NCBI GenBank assembly: GCA_965644315.1 | Contig: CBFFRQ010000043.1 | Span: 124,001 to 188,000 of the forward strand | Direction: 5' to 3' | Source of the DNA: Caecitellus pseudoparvulus | Taxonomy: Eukaryota > Protista > Bigyra: Bicosoecida | Length of the DNA stretch: 64,000 nucleotides | Shown here: in pieces, positions 25,661 through 38,300 of the stretch | Layout of the letters: every line of letters begins with the position of its first letter | Numbering within the stretch: the first letter of the stretch is position 1 | Position numbers and translations under genes: made by a program | The notes under the pieces: generated by a model | Database searches by the model: none | The model's input: only the letters and a program-made list of their open reading frames with translations | Told to the model about the DNA's origin: nothing

Positions 25661-27443
25661 ATGGGAAACTTGCCAGTGAAGCAGGGTGGCAAGCCAGGCG
25701 CCGCCGGCGGACAGCATGTCGACCTGAAGAGGCTCTGGCAAGTTATGCTCCAGGTGTGGGTCCCAGCTGAGGACATTCCTCTTGTCATTGGCAAGGGCGG
25801 GGCATTTGTGAAGCGCATCCGTGATGAGACAAACGCCCGTGTAGATGTGGTGCGTGTGCCACAATTCCGCACCCTTGCCACGCCGCGGACGCACGTCGCT
25901 GGCCTTGCGCTACGCAGCCCCACAAAGACAGTGTGACTGGGCCTTGGGCATGTGTCGTTTTACGGGGGGAGTGTAGGGCTGTCTTCGACGCCTTCAACCG
26001 CGTGGATGCGATTGTAGATGGTGAGCTTGCAGCGAAAGCTCCGCTGGCTCAACTCGGATCACGCTGGGTGCCTGCCATTTCACAGAGATCGACACAATGG
26101 CCCTGTCCATCAACCTCAGTCATGCGCTTGGCCAAGTTGCCCAAGCTCACGCACGGCATCTCTCGGCCGAGCACCAGGTCCGAGTGCACGTTGGCAAAGC
26201 ACGTCCTCGTGCAGGGCGCTTTCCTGCCACAGACTTCGAAGCCATTCTTGAAGGCCCACTGAGCAGCATCGCGCCCGCCTTCGAAGATTTGCTCTCGAAA
26301 CTGTGTGATGAGTCAGGCAACAAGCTCGCCACTCACACCCACGTGCTGCCGGCCAAAGTCGCCAACATGCTTGAGCAGAGCGACGGGAAAGTCATCAACG
26401 ACATCTTCTTGAACACTGGGGCAACAGTGCGCATTTTGCGCCGGAAAGCAAAGCACGATCGAGGAAGGTCCAGTTCACAGAGTGCGGACAAGGGCTCCCA
26501 GGCGGCGGCTGAGCCGCCTGCTGACGTGAAGGCCATCATCAGTGGCCCTCGAGATTGCGTCGAGCTTGCGCACAGAGTGGTGAAGCTTCTGGGATTCGGA
26601 CGACTGACGTTTAACGGTGCACTGGCGGCAGCTGTTTCTGAGATTCAAGACTCGGCAACTCCGATTGTCACACCCTCCCCGTACTTCGAGCGTGCAGAGT
26701 ACATGCACGCTCAAGAGCCGTGGATGCAGCGAGCTTTCGAAGCGCAGACGCGAAGGAGGGAGTGGCAGGCAGCTGTGGAGGAAGAGGCTCGGGCCAGCCT
26801 CGGCTTGGTGACTGCTGCAGGCGATGCCACGTGGCCAGCAGAGGGTGAGGAGCCCAGGGAACTGCGCCCAGCTGCGACTTCCGGCACATCAGGCACAGCT
26901 AGCCAGGAGCCACGACAAGGGCCACCTGCAGCGCAGCCAAAAGCTGCTCTGGAGTCTGCTAAAGTACGTTCGGGGATTTCCTTCGCTTCGGCTGCGGGAA
27001 AGCACAGCACTCCGGCAGATGAGCAGGCGGCCAAGAGTGCCTCTGGAGCAGCGACGGCGGCATCGGGCGCCAAGGTGAAGGCGAGAGGAACGTCAGGCGG
27101 GCGCAGTGGCGATCGGCGACGAGGCAGCGAAAAGTCATCCACGCATGGCACTGGCTCTGGGTCCTCTGATAAGGGTAGGCCTGCCCCTCAAGGCGAGGCA
27201 CGCGGGCAGGGACGCCACCGTGGAGACCGCCCGAAGAAGGGTGGCAAGCGGTCAGGCGGCGGCGCGGCAAACAGGGGAGCAAGCGAGCAGCGGCCCAAGC
27301 AGCAAGGAGGCCAGAGCTCCAAATCAGCAGGCACTGGGCAAGGGGGTGCGGGGGGGCAGCAAAAGCGTGGGGACAAGCGGGGTGGAGCGAAGAAGCCTCG
27401 AGGCGCCAAGCGTGGCGGGCAGTCAAGCGGGCGGGCCAAGTAG
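25661..27443 (+). CDS. KH-domain RNA-binding protein with basic Gly/Arg/Lys-rich tail
   Basis: IPLVIGKGGAFVKRIRDETNARVDV (GxxG KH). Introns 25850-25917 and 26021-26085 keep frame. A later degenerate KH (MLEQSDGKVINDIFLNTGATVRI...ISGPRDCVELA). Confidence 0.82.
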
Positions 27444-27541
27444 CTTGCGCAGTCCTGCCTCAAGAATCGAAGGCAGCGGCCATCACAACCTGTCAATGCA
27501 GTGGCATCGATCGATAATCATTCATTACGCACACGCTTGCG

Positions 27542-28654
27542 TCAGAACTCTGTGTCTGATGCTTCCCCTTCCAGCGCTGCAAGGACGGGGTCACAGGCAG
27601 CTTCGCCCCTGCGCCCCGCAGCACCGGAAGAGAAAGGACGATCCGTATGGAAGTGGCCGTGTGCTAATCCATGTGTTGCGTCGAGTTGTGTGTGGCTAGG
27701 CCCACCCAAGGTGTGCGTGTGTAAAGGCCGGGCATGCGTACCGCCAGCTCGGCCTGGAAACGCAGCCAGGGGGACTGGCGCACGCATGCGCACTGAGCTG
27801 GCCCCACGCACTGCGACAGGTTGGATGGGCCCATGCAGGGTAGAGTCATCCTCCTCCGATGACGACCCTTCGCCTTGCTCAGCATGGTAGTAGGCCGTGG
27901 GCGCCACCGCTCCAGCGGGAAGCGAGCCAACTGAGGCGCTGGGCAAGGGCAGCGGCGTGCCTGTGACGATTCCAGCTGCAGATCTGGGGCGACATCCCAC
28001 TCCATGTTGAGGCAGAGTAACTGGCGGTGGCACGGAGCAAACAGAGGAGGCACGCGTGGGGGGCAACGCCATGTGTGCGGTGGGCGAAGAGAGCACGCTG
28101 GTCAAGCCGCCTGCTCCCATGAACAGCGGGGTGGCAGTGCCCATTTGGCAGTCAATGTCGCCCCAAGCAGGTGTACCCTTGCCCCCATTCTGAGCCCACA
28201 CCACTGAAGGTGGTCCACTGGAGTGGCTTGTGGCCCAACCTCCAGAAAAGCCTGAGGTTGCCTGGCCACCTTGTCCGGCGAATGACCCCCGTTGAAAAGC
28301 GCTGGAGGCCCCAGCAAAGTGCCGAACTCGGAACTCGCCAAGATTACTGGTGGGCACAGAAAGGTGATCGGCTGGCGGCAACCGTGGGTGAGCCAGTGGG
28401 GGGAAATGCGAGCCCTGCGCAACAAAATGCTGCAATGCACGGACGGCATGCGGGGCCGCTGGGTGAGCCATTGGCGAAGCAGGGGGGGCATCAGGCTGAA
28501 AGGCTTTGCCAGCAGGAATAAGTGGAATCTCAGAAGTTGCTCTCCTCAACGCATACTGAACCACTGCTTCGCCCGATTCAGAGCGAGCCACTCGCGGAGC
28601 TGTGAGACGAGACTCCAGAAGGTTGCCAGGAGCAGCTGCAGGAGGGGCAGACAT
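27542..28654 (-). CDS. Hypothetical low-complexity Pro/Ala/Ser/Gly-rich protein
   Basis: 370-codon ORF from the likely ATG 28654 filling the gap between flanking genes; no recognisable domain. Confidence 0.5.
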   Translation of the reverse strand: MSAPPAAAPGNLLESRLTAPRVARSESGEAVVQYALRRATSEIPLIPAGKAFQPDAPPASPMAHPAAPHAVRALQHFVAQGSHFPPLAHPRLPPADHLSVPTSNLGEFRVRHFAGASSAFQRGSFAGQGGQATSGFSGGWATSHSSGPPSVVWAQNGGKGTPAWGDIDCQMGTATPLFMGAGGLTSVLSSPTAHMALPPTRASSVCSVPPPVTLPQHGVGCRPRSAAGIVTGTPLPLPSASVGSLPAGAVAPTAYYHAEQGEGSSSEEDDSTLHGPIQPVAVRGASSVRMRAPVPLAAFPGRAGGTHARPLHTHTLGGPSHTQLDATHGLAHGHFHTDRPFSSGAAGRRGEAACDPVLAALEGEASDTEF

Positions 28655-29326
28655 AATGATACCCTGGTGTGGGATAGAACATAGTCCTCGTCTGTGTTTC
28701 TTGTCCGCACACATGAAAGAGTCTGGGTCACCAGAGCCATGTCTCGTACGAGCTCGTTTTGCTGCACAGGGAAAGAGAAACGCATGAAACGCCAGTCAGT
28801 TTTGGCAGATTTCAAGTTATTCGCTGCACAATCCGATGATGCAAATGCCCAGACAAGCAAGTAAAGGCTGCAGCACGTGATCTCCCACTTCATGCTTCCT
28901 TTACTCACTTCCACGGCAGCCTCCTCGTTGCGGCGTGGTGGGTGCTGTCAAGGCCAGACTGCTCCCGACAGGGTTGGCCGGACGCTCCTCTGCGCTGGTC
29001 TCGGAGCTGCATTGGTTCCCAGGTGCGTGTAAGTAATGATAGACCTCATCATCGCCGAATGCGGCATCAGCATCCATCGCCCCTGCCTGTCTTCATCGAG
29101 CACGCGAGCCGCGGGCAAGGCGAAGTGGTGCTGGAGGTCTGCTGCAACAACTTGACACGACGACAGCTCCCAGCAGCATGCACCACGAATGCTTTGTACT
29201 TTCACTCGGATTCAAGTGAGGCTTCGAACACAATGAATTCAAGAAAAACAGGAGTATTCACACCCACAACATTGAGATTTGTCTTACAAGACAAAGGAGC
29301 GGGAGAAGTTCTTTCACCACTGCCAC

Positions 29327-32300
29327 CTACCACATGCGGCGCTTCGCATACGCCCGCTCACGCGCCGCATCGCGCAAGATCTGCTGCCGCTCCCGCCCGC
29401 TCATCACGCTCAGCTGCGCCGCAGCTGTCGCGTACGCGGCGCGCCACTTCTCCGCGCCCTGCCCGATCGCCAGCGGCGTCACGCTTGCACGCTCACGGCG
29501 CACCATCTGGGCACCCACCACGCCTGGGTTCAAAGCACCCGACCCGCTCTCACCGTCACCGCCCAGCCCCACACTTCCCTTGCCCGCCACCTCCAGCCGT
29601 GACGTGGGCCCATCCTTCTCACCCCCACCCGACCCAGCCTTCTTCCCCCGCCGACCAGCCGCACGCTTGCCACCCTTCATCATGCTCTGCGCCACCACAG
29701 ACATGCGAGCACGCCGCACGTGCCCGGCGCCATCACGTGAGGCAGCCGATGAGGCGGGACCACCCCCACCACCCCCACTGCCCTTCCCACCAGCTGCACC
29801 CAGCTTGTCCTGCAGAGTGCGGAACACCATGGGGTTACCCCCCGCCTGGTACCGCACATGGCGCTCCTCAGGCAGGTCCACCACGGTGCGCTGCAGACGC
29901 CGCTTGCGACGGGCAAAGGCCTTGGCCTCTGCCTCCGCACCCATGATCAACACACGCCAGAAGGACGTCAACAACGTCAAGAACAGGCCCATGGACATGA
30001 TGAACACCAGCACTGCCAGATTCCGCCCGCCGTTCCGGCCCAACGGGAACACACTCAGCTCCCCCTCCATGAACGTCACGTAGTTCATGAGCCCCGCCGT
30101 CACGGCCAGCGTCAGGGAGTACACCTTCACGTTCTCCTTCCACTTCTCGTTGTCCAGGAAGGGCGACTCGTACACCATGCTCACCACGACGCTGCTCACG
30201 ACCAGGAAGGTGATGAAGAACTTCAACAACGCCACGTTCTGCGACTCTGGCGCCGCGAAGAACACCACCGTCACTGACAGCGCCAGCAGCACCAGCATGT
30301 TCAAGTGCCGGTAGTAGAAGTACACCGCCTTGTAGTCGTTGTCCAGGAAGTGCGCCAGGGTGTTGTTCTGCACCAGGGCAGGCGCTGTGTTGATCATGTG
30401 CAGCAGCTCAGCCTCCTCAGGTGACTTGGCGTCGTTGCGGTGGCGCCACTTCTTCCCCAGCGCACGCTGGGCCTTGGCCACCTTCTGGAACCACTTGCTG
30501 CAGCACAGGGCACAGATGCAGCAGCAGAAGGCGTAGAAGCAGCAGTTGCACAGGCACCCGCAGCACGCACACCACCCGCCACCAGCCCCCGCATCTTCGT
30601 CGTCGGCATCATCCCCCTTCACCTGCCCATGCACCACACGCGCCTTCAGCGTGGCGCCATACCCACCACGCTTGGCACTGGCTGTCGGTGTCGCGGCAGG
30701 GGCGCCCACATCTCCACCTCGCATGCCATGCTTCAACATGGCCAGGGGGTTCGCCGTGCCCACACTGGGGCTGGCCTTGCTGCGGGCACCCCCCCCACGA
30801 CGCCCCACGCTCATCTCACTGTACGCTGCAGGGTCACTCAACATGGGGTGGAACGCTGTGCGGGCCACGTACAGCCCATGCACATCCTTCCGCAGCCACT
30901 CCGCGTCGTCTTGGCCCGTTGCCAGACCCGCCCGCAGCGCACGAGCCCGCTGCCGCACGGCATCCATCGCCCCGAAGGACGACGACATGACCGTGCTGCG
31001 GTACGCCGCCACCTGCTCCAGCTCCTCGGGGTCGCGAATGCTGAAGGCATCTGCACTCTGCAGCTGCACAGCCTTCTCAGATGGCATCAGCAAGTGCTGT
31101 GCCGCAGACAGGCCGGCGTACGCACCACCCGGCAGCGCCGCACGTGACCCCAGCCGGCCTGCCCGCATCAGCAGCTCGGCATCTGCCTTGTACCCTGGCC
31201 GCGCCCTCACGAACATGGGGTTCAGCGTGCCGCCCTTCGTGGCGCTGGCGCCCCCCACGCCGGCACTGCGCAGGGCAGGTGCCGCGGCGGTCTTGGCCGC
31301 TGCCCCTCGCGTGGGCATCAACGAAAACCGCTTCTTGCGCACCCGACCACCCGCACCAGCCGCCGCCTCGGCAGCTGCCACAGCCTTCGCCTTCACCACA
31401 GGACTCACCACAGATGCAGGCAAGGACGCCAGCCGAGCAGCGGCGCCACGTGACATCACGCCGCCCTGCCCGAAGTACAGCTCACCCAGGTCCACACGCC
31501 GGGGGCCCTCCTTCCCGTCGCCCCCGCCCCCATGCACCTTCAGGTGCTGTGCCAGCAAGCTCTCCTCGTCGCTGTCAAAGCCACCCACGTCACCCATCGC
31601 CACAGCTGCCGCCTCGACCGGGTCCACCACCCGCTTGCCAACCGCCATGGACTGCCGACGCACCTTCTTCGCGATGGCCTTGCTCTTCACCTTGGCGGCG
31701 CTGCCACTGGCCTTCACAGCTGCCCGGGCAGCCTTCACCGCGTTCACCTTGGCTGTCGCACGGGCATACGCCTGGGCAGCCTGGGACTTCAACATCACCT
31801 TGTGGATCTTGCGACGCACCCACAAGTACGTCAGGACGGGGTACCCCACCACATACAGCAGCAACAGTGCCACTGCCATGGCGCCAGGCACCACGTGGTC
31901 CTCTGCAAAGCACTCGTAGAAGGGGTTGCTCACCAGCAGCCACTTCTCCACCACCTCACCCCCATCATCCACCAGCTCACGGCTGCAGAACAACAGCCCC
32001 AGCACCGTGTTGCACACAATCGCATACATCAGCGTCATCAGCGTGAACGTCAGTCGCCGCAGCAGCGGCTTCACCTTTCCCCACACACCCACAGCCGCCC
32101 GGGGGTCCACACCCTCCGCCTCACCCTTCCCCTTGCCCCCCGCCTTCTCCGCCTTCAGCGCAGTCATCACCACCGTCAGCACCAACAACCCCAACGCGAT
32201 GCCCATCGTCGTCTTCTCAGCCGTGAACGGCGCCTGATCCAGACAGGCAGGCGGCACCAGACCAGAGCTGTCAAACTGCAACACGTTCAGCTGTGTGTAC

Positions 32301-35300
32301 AGGGACTGCAGGTACGGCGGCAGGCCAGGGCTGGCTGCCTTGCCCACCTGCACAATCACCTGCAGCATGCTCACCGTCCACACGACAAACTGCGCCGCTC
32401 GCTTCATGCCCCCTGCGAAAGAGCCGCCCTTGATTGCCGTCACGATGCGGATGGCCGTCGCCATCACCAGGAACAACCCGAAGGCTGCCCCTGCAAAGGC
32501 CAGCGGCGGCAGCACCAGCTCCAGCCCGCCCTGGCTCTTGGGACATGGCGTGCAAGCCCCAGTGTCCTTCGGGTAGAAGCCCTTGCTGCACAGCGCACAC
32601 AGACGGCCCTCATACCCCACACCACATGCCGCCGTGGACGTCGTGTAGTTCCACCCTGTGCACCGCTCCAGCGACGGAGGCGCACACGCGCTGGCCGTCA
32701 CACGGGAGTCCTCAGACGCCACCCAGTACCCAGGCTTGGGCCACCGACGGTACCCTCCCGGACACAGCTCACCCACCCCACACCGCACACAGTCATCCCC
32801 AGCGCCAAATGCACAGTTGCGATGCCCGGGGTCGGTGGCATCACGGCACACTGGCCCAGGCGGCGTGTACCCGATACAGGATGCCGTCACGAATGTCCCG
32901 TACCCCAGCAGTGAGTGTGCCTGCTCTCCAGGCGCCGATGCACTTGTCTGCAGACGGCGCGAGGCGGCAGCAGCGCCAGTGGGCAGGGATGCACGAGCTG
33001 CACTGCCAGCGCCTGGGCACGCCAGGGGACACGCTGACACACCCCCCAGCACGACACCAGCCCCCGCACCAGCCACACGCAGTGTCCCTGCACTCCGAGC
33101 AGATGCCCACGCCGCCTCGCCCGCCACGAACAGCGTGTGCCCCGCCTCCACCCAGTCCTCCACGGCAGTCCCTGCCGCCCGGGCACGCCATGTCGAGCTC
33201 ACGTGCTCCACCCACTCAGCCGGCACCATGGGCGGGTTGGCCACCCACAGCGCGCGGTAGGCACGTTGGCCTCGGCATGCCTCCTCAGAGGGGCACATGC
33301 TGCTGTACGACGGCATCCTCAGCCGCAGCACCAGACCGTCACTGGACACGGCAGACACGTTCAGCTGCATGTCCCCCAGCCACACCTGTGCACCTGGCAC
33401 AAACGCAAACGGCTGCACGGGCAGGCCCGCGCTGGAGGCAGGCGGCGTGAAACCTGGCACTGCAGTCGTCGGCACACACCGCACACGGTGCTTGCAGTCC
33501 GCGACGATGACGATGTCCTGCAGGCCGCCCAGCGTCACGACGAAGTAGTCCCCGCCGTCCCGCGACTCCACACCCGTGAACACGGTGAACGGCGAGTCAC
33601 CCTCCACACCACTGCCGTCCCCCGCCCTGCCTTCGAAGGGCGCCGCAGATGCCGCTGCCAGGATGCGGCTGTAGTTCGTGGACAGCGACGCCAGGCCTCG
33701 CCCCGGCACGCCCGTGTCACCCCCGCCACTGCCCCAGCTGGACATCCACCCTGTGCCCCCTGGCAGCGCAATCAACACATCCCCCACAAACGGGTACACT
33801 GTCGGCACGCTGGCAAACGGCACGCTGATGGGCGGCAGGCCTGCGTACACCTGCAGACCAGACGACACGCCCTGCAGCTGGGACGTGATCACACACGTCA
33901 CTGCAAAGGCCCGTGACCAGGTCTCGGGCGCCAGGAAGCTCACGCCCCGCAGCGACAGCGGAGCAGCCCGCAACCACTGCCGCATGCCGCCTGGGCCCAC
34001 ACTGGCGTCCAGGGAGAACTGCTCAGGCGTCACACGCACAGCGCCCGGCACACTCCCGCTGCACTGCACCACCACCACTTCGTTCGGGCCTGGCTGGTTC
34101 GGCATGACGACCTCGAACCCCAGGCCCAGCGGCGTCGAGCCTGCAGACAGCAGCAGGGGCGTCTCCACAGACGCAGAGGTGGGCTGACCAGGCACACGCA
34201 AGTCGCCCAGCCACGCGGCCCTGCCCAGACGCGGATCAATGGAGCTCGGTGACACATCCACCACCCCGCCTGCGCCGGCAGTGTCACTGCCCTGGTGATC
34301 GAAGGCTTCCAGCGGGGACGCGCCACTCACAGCCGGCCGGGCATACGCGCCAGACGTGTTGAACACGTCCACACTCTCCACAGCACGGGCGTCCACTGTC
34401 AGGCTGAACAAGTCGCACTTGCTGCTCAACAGCCGCACAGGGCTGAACGGCGCCGACGCTGCGCTCTGGCCCAGGGAGTTCCCTGCACGGGTGTAGAACC
34501 GCACCAGCCGGTCCTCAGGCAAACCTTGCACGTTCATGGCACGCACGATGCTGCTGCTGCGCTCCACTGATGCGCTCACCGTGCCGCCCGTCGCACTCTC
34601 GAATGCAGCACGGCTGCCAGCCAACGCCACCAGCGTGCCGTTCTGCACGAGTGCAGCTTGGCTGGGTGCGCCACTGCCCTGCCACGTCCACACACTGTAG
34701 TATTGCATGCCGTTGGAGTGGGCAGTCGCTATGGGAGACCACTGCGACACCAGCTCACTCCGCGCCCCGAGAGACCCTGCAGATAGGGAGCCCGCAAGAG
34801 GCACGGGCGCAGGCGCCGTCACACTGCCATCCGTGGACGCACTGGAAGGCCCCATCCACGCCAGCCCACTGCCCACTGCCGTCACAGTGGCCCACGTCAG
34901 AGCAGGCAGCGGCACACGTGGCGCAGAGTCAGCCCACGACACCACAGCATTCAGCTGGCATGGGTCCACAGCAGTCACTGCTCCAGCACCTGTCGGCCGC
35001 GCATCCACACACTGCACAGCAGCCGGGAACGCCCCCGCCGCGATGTCGCTGTCAGACGCCGTCCACAGCACAGTCCCATCGGCCAGGTGAAACGCCCACT
35101 CACTCGTGCCACTGCACCGAGCCCGTGTGAAGCCCCACGGCAGCAGGGGCGCCGTGCACCGTGCCACACACTCCGTGTCCAGACCCGTGTACCGGCCTGT
35201 CCCGTTCACCGCCACACCCAGACGCTCACAGGTCCAGGAGCCTCCGCCTGCCACGCGTGGCAGAGGGCGACAGTGGGGGGCGCTGGGCGACGGCGTCTGA

Positions 35301-38300
35301 GACGATGTGGGCGTCACGGAGGACGTCGCCGTCACGCTGGGCGTCGACGTCATCGTGTTGGATGGCGTGCTCGTGACGCTGGCTGTGTTGGAGGGCGTCA
35401 CGCTGGCAGTGTTGGAGGGCGTCACGCTGGCAGTGTTGGAAGGTGTCACACTCGCCGTGTTAGAAGGCGTCACGCTGGCAGTGTTGGACGCAGTCACACT
35501 GGCAGTGTTGGAGGGCGTCCCCGTCATCGTCTGGCTTGGCGTGCCGGTCATGGTCACGCTGGCGGTCTGAGAGGCAGTCACGCTTGCCGTCTGCGACGCA
35601 GTCACACTTGGCGTGCCCGTCATTGTCTGTGTCGCCGTCACACTGGCAGTTTGGGAGGCAGTCACGCTGGCCGTCTGCGATGCCGTCACGCTGGGCGTGC
35701 CTGTCATGGTCTGCGATGCAGTCACGCTGGGTGTGCCCGTCATGGTTTGTGTGGCGGTGACACTGGGCGTGCCTGTCATGGTCTGGGAGGGCGTCACACT
35801 GGCTGTCACGCTGGGCGTGCCGGTGGACGTGGACGATGGCGTCTGCGTGGGGGTTTCCGTCGCACTCGTGCTTGGCGTTGCCGTTTGCGATGAAGTCGGC
35901 GTCGATGTGCTACTGGGAGTCGGGGTAGAAGTCGAAGTTGGCGTCGCAGATGATGAGGACGTTGGGCTCACCAAAGGCTGCTGGGACGGGGAAGGGAGCG
36001 CAGAAGTTCCAGGTCCACACGCTGGCAAAGCGATTGGCGTGAAGGTCGCGACTGGCGCCGGAAGCGCTGTCGCCCCTGGGCCAATCGCGAAGCCGTCGTT
36101 TGTCGTCGGGGTGAACGGTGGAGCACCCGCACACCGCAAAGCATGAGTCGACGTGCAAGCGGCCACAGACAGTTCGCCGTCTTCGTCTCCTTCCGAGATC
36201 ACGCATCCTGATGTGGTGGGTGATGATGTCCACTGAAGGTAGCTCGTGCTGGCATCATGTACGACGGAGCCGTCCACCCACGTGACTGTGTTTGCAGTGT
36301 AGTCAAACGTGCCGCCCATGAATGCAGTCGTTGCGGTTACAAAACCTTCGTTCTCTGAGTACGAATTCGCGGACTCGTGCTGCATGCGGTCCTTCAACAT
36401 GACGGGGGTCATGCCAAGTGCAGCGCAATCATTCTGGGACTGAGCAAAGGTTCGGGAAGCGGCGGGTTTTGCATCGTGGCACATGCCACCAAACCAAGCC
36501 CCTGCCGCGCAGGGAGAAGTTGGCGGGTATTCGCAAATGAAGTCGACCGTATTCGTGCAAGATCCATCCGAAAAAGCGAAATCACTCGAGTCCGTCACCG
36601 TCGCACAGTCAGCACCAGTGTCTCCGTCTCCAGAGTTCCACACCACAGCCACACGAGAGGAGCTTCCACTGACCCATTGCCAGGCACTGAAGGTATTCTC
36701 ACCCACGTGAGCCTTGGTAAACCCAATTCGCGCAGCCACGTTCGCGTTCGGGAGCTCGTCAATTAGGCGAAGCTTGGCAAACGTGTCAATGGACATGAGA
36801 TCGCCTCCGTAAGATGATTGACACAGCCGCCTCGCCACCCGCGCGGAGGTGCCTCCCGAGTCTACACGCTTGTAGCACATGCCGTTAAATTTGACACCCG
36901 AGCTTGGACATGTAATTTCCTCACTCCATGCAGGGTGCGAACACACCATGTCATCGTCGGTGTCGGTGTAAGTATACGTGCGTGCTATTCCAGCACCTCC
37001 CGTTCTCACAGCTCTGTTCGTGCCTGTCGGATGCCCGGCTGCCCACTTTATGCGCCGGGGCTCTCCCCCTGCCGCGCCACTCCAGTACGGGATCCCACCA
37101 AAGTGCGCAACTCCTGTGGCAGAGTAGCCCACTCCTGATAGCAGCTCCGTTGACCACCACTCCTGCTGCTGCAGAGTGGTCCAGGAAGCGAGGGCAGAAG
37201 GTGGGCTCAAGCCCGCGCAGTGGTCCACCCATCCGTTCAAATCTTTTGATGGCTGGTTTAGTTCGGCCTTGTAGCACTGGCCTTGGTAGTGCTGCCAGCC
37301 TGCAGGGCAGCGATCCAGCGGGGATCCAGTCAGCTCGGCCCAAGCCTGCTCGCAGATAAACGTCGCCTTGTCACTGCCACCCCCGAAACCCCAGCTGCCG
37401 TCGTCAGCAATTTGCACATAGTCGCCGTTTGTACAGCTCGCGCAGGTCCCTGCACCAAAATTGTTGAAAGTTTGGCCGCACAAATTTGCGGTGCTGCCTC
37501 CCTCGATGGCTTGGGAAGAGGAGCACTGCGCATCAACCCACAGGTCGTGAGGAGAACCGCGCATGGCCACTTCCTCGAGCACTGCGGCAGTTCCAGCCCC
37601 GTGCATGTTCACAAGACTGCCACCTGGAAGGGCGTCACACAGCCGAGCGGCGACAGGCGCAGTCGCTGAGCTCAGCGACGCGGCAGCACTACCTGGCTTC
37701 GCCCACAGAGAGTGGCGCCAACAGCGCCCAAACACCGGAACAAAGCCATGCGCACAGCCTGCAAACCAGTGATGCCGAGCAGGAATCTGGCAGATGGATC
37801 TGGTGGAAGTGGATGCCGCCTGAAAGCTTGCGGACCCGCTAGAGGCGACGAACGCCGCAGTGTTTGCGCTGAGGCTTGGCAGGCCTACGAGCTTTGCAAC
37901 GTCGTCTTGCATCTCCTGTGTCGTGGATAGTCCTGAAATGATGGCAAGCCCAATGTAAGCCTTGTCGAAGGTTGACTTGCTCGAGAGCAGGCTCTCTGCA
38001 AAAGTCTTGTCTGCAGCTGTGGAGATCTGTGCAAGTGCGCCACCCTTCAAGAAGCACCGCGCAACGTTCTTCTCGAAAGTTGCTGCTTCTCGAGACACCC
38101 CGTAACAAAACCCGTCGTCCCGGGCAGTGAAGCCGTTCGGGCAGTGGTGGAACAAGGAGCGCTTGCAGACAAAGCGCCTCGTTCGGCAGCACTGGTCCAT
38201 TTCAGCCTTTAGCTGAGCAGCACGAAGCATGACACAGTCGTTGCCTCCCGAGGATGCAGCAGGTCCCGCGCCGGCCCACTCGTCCCACCGACCGAGAGCT

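Noticed and set aside
28942-29946. 334-aa plus-strand ORF and similar mirrored ORFs
   Set aside because: Largely antisense to receptor B; recurrence in both arms only reflects the repeat.
16844-35886. Inverted repeat as transposon TIRs or an endogenous virus
   Set aside because: The arms are coding halves of host-type genes, and the spacer holds intron-containing cellular genes with no transposase, integrase or capsid motifs.
16844-35886. Inverted repeat as a fold-back sequencing artefact
   Set aside because: The arms differ by many scattered substitutions and by stop codon, and each joins in frame to its own distinct head. Long reads are still needed for final proof.
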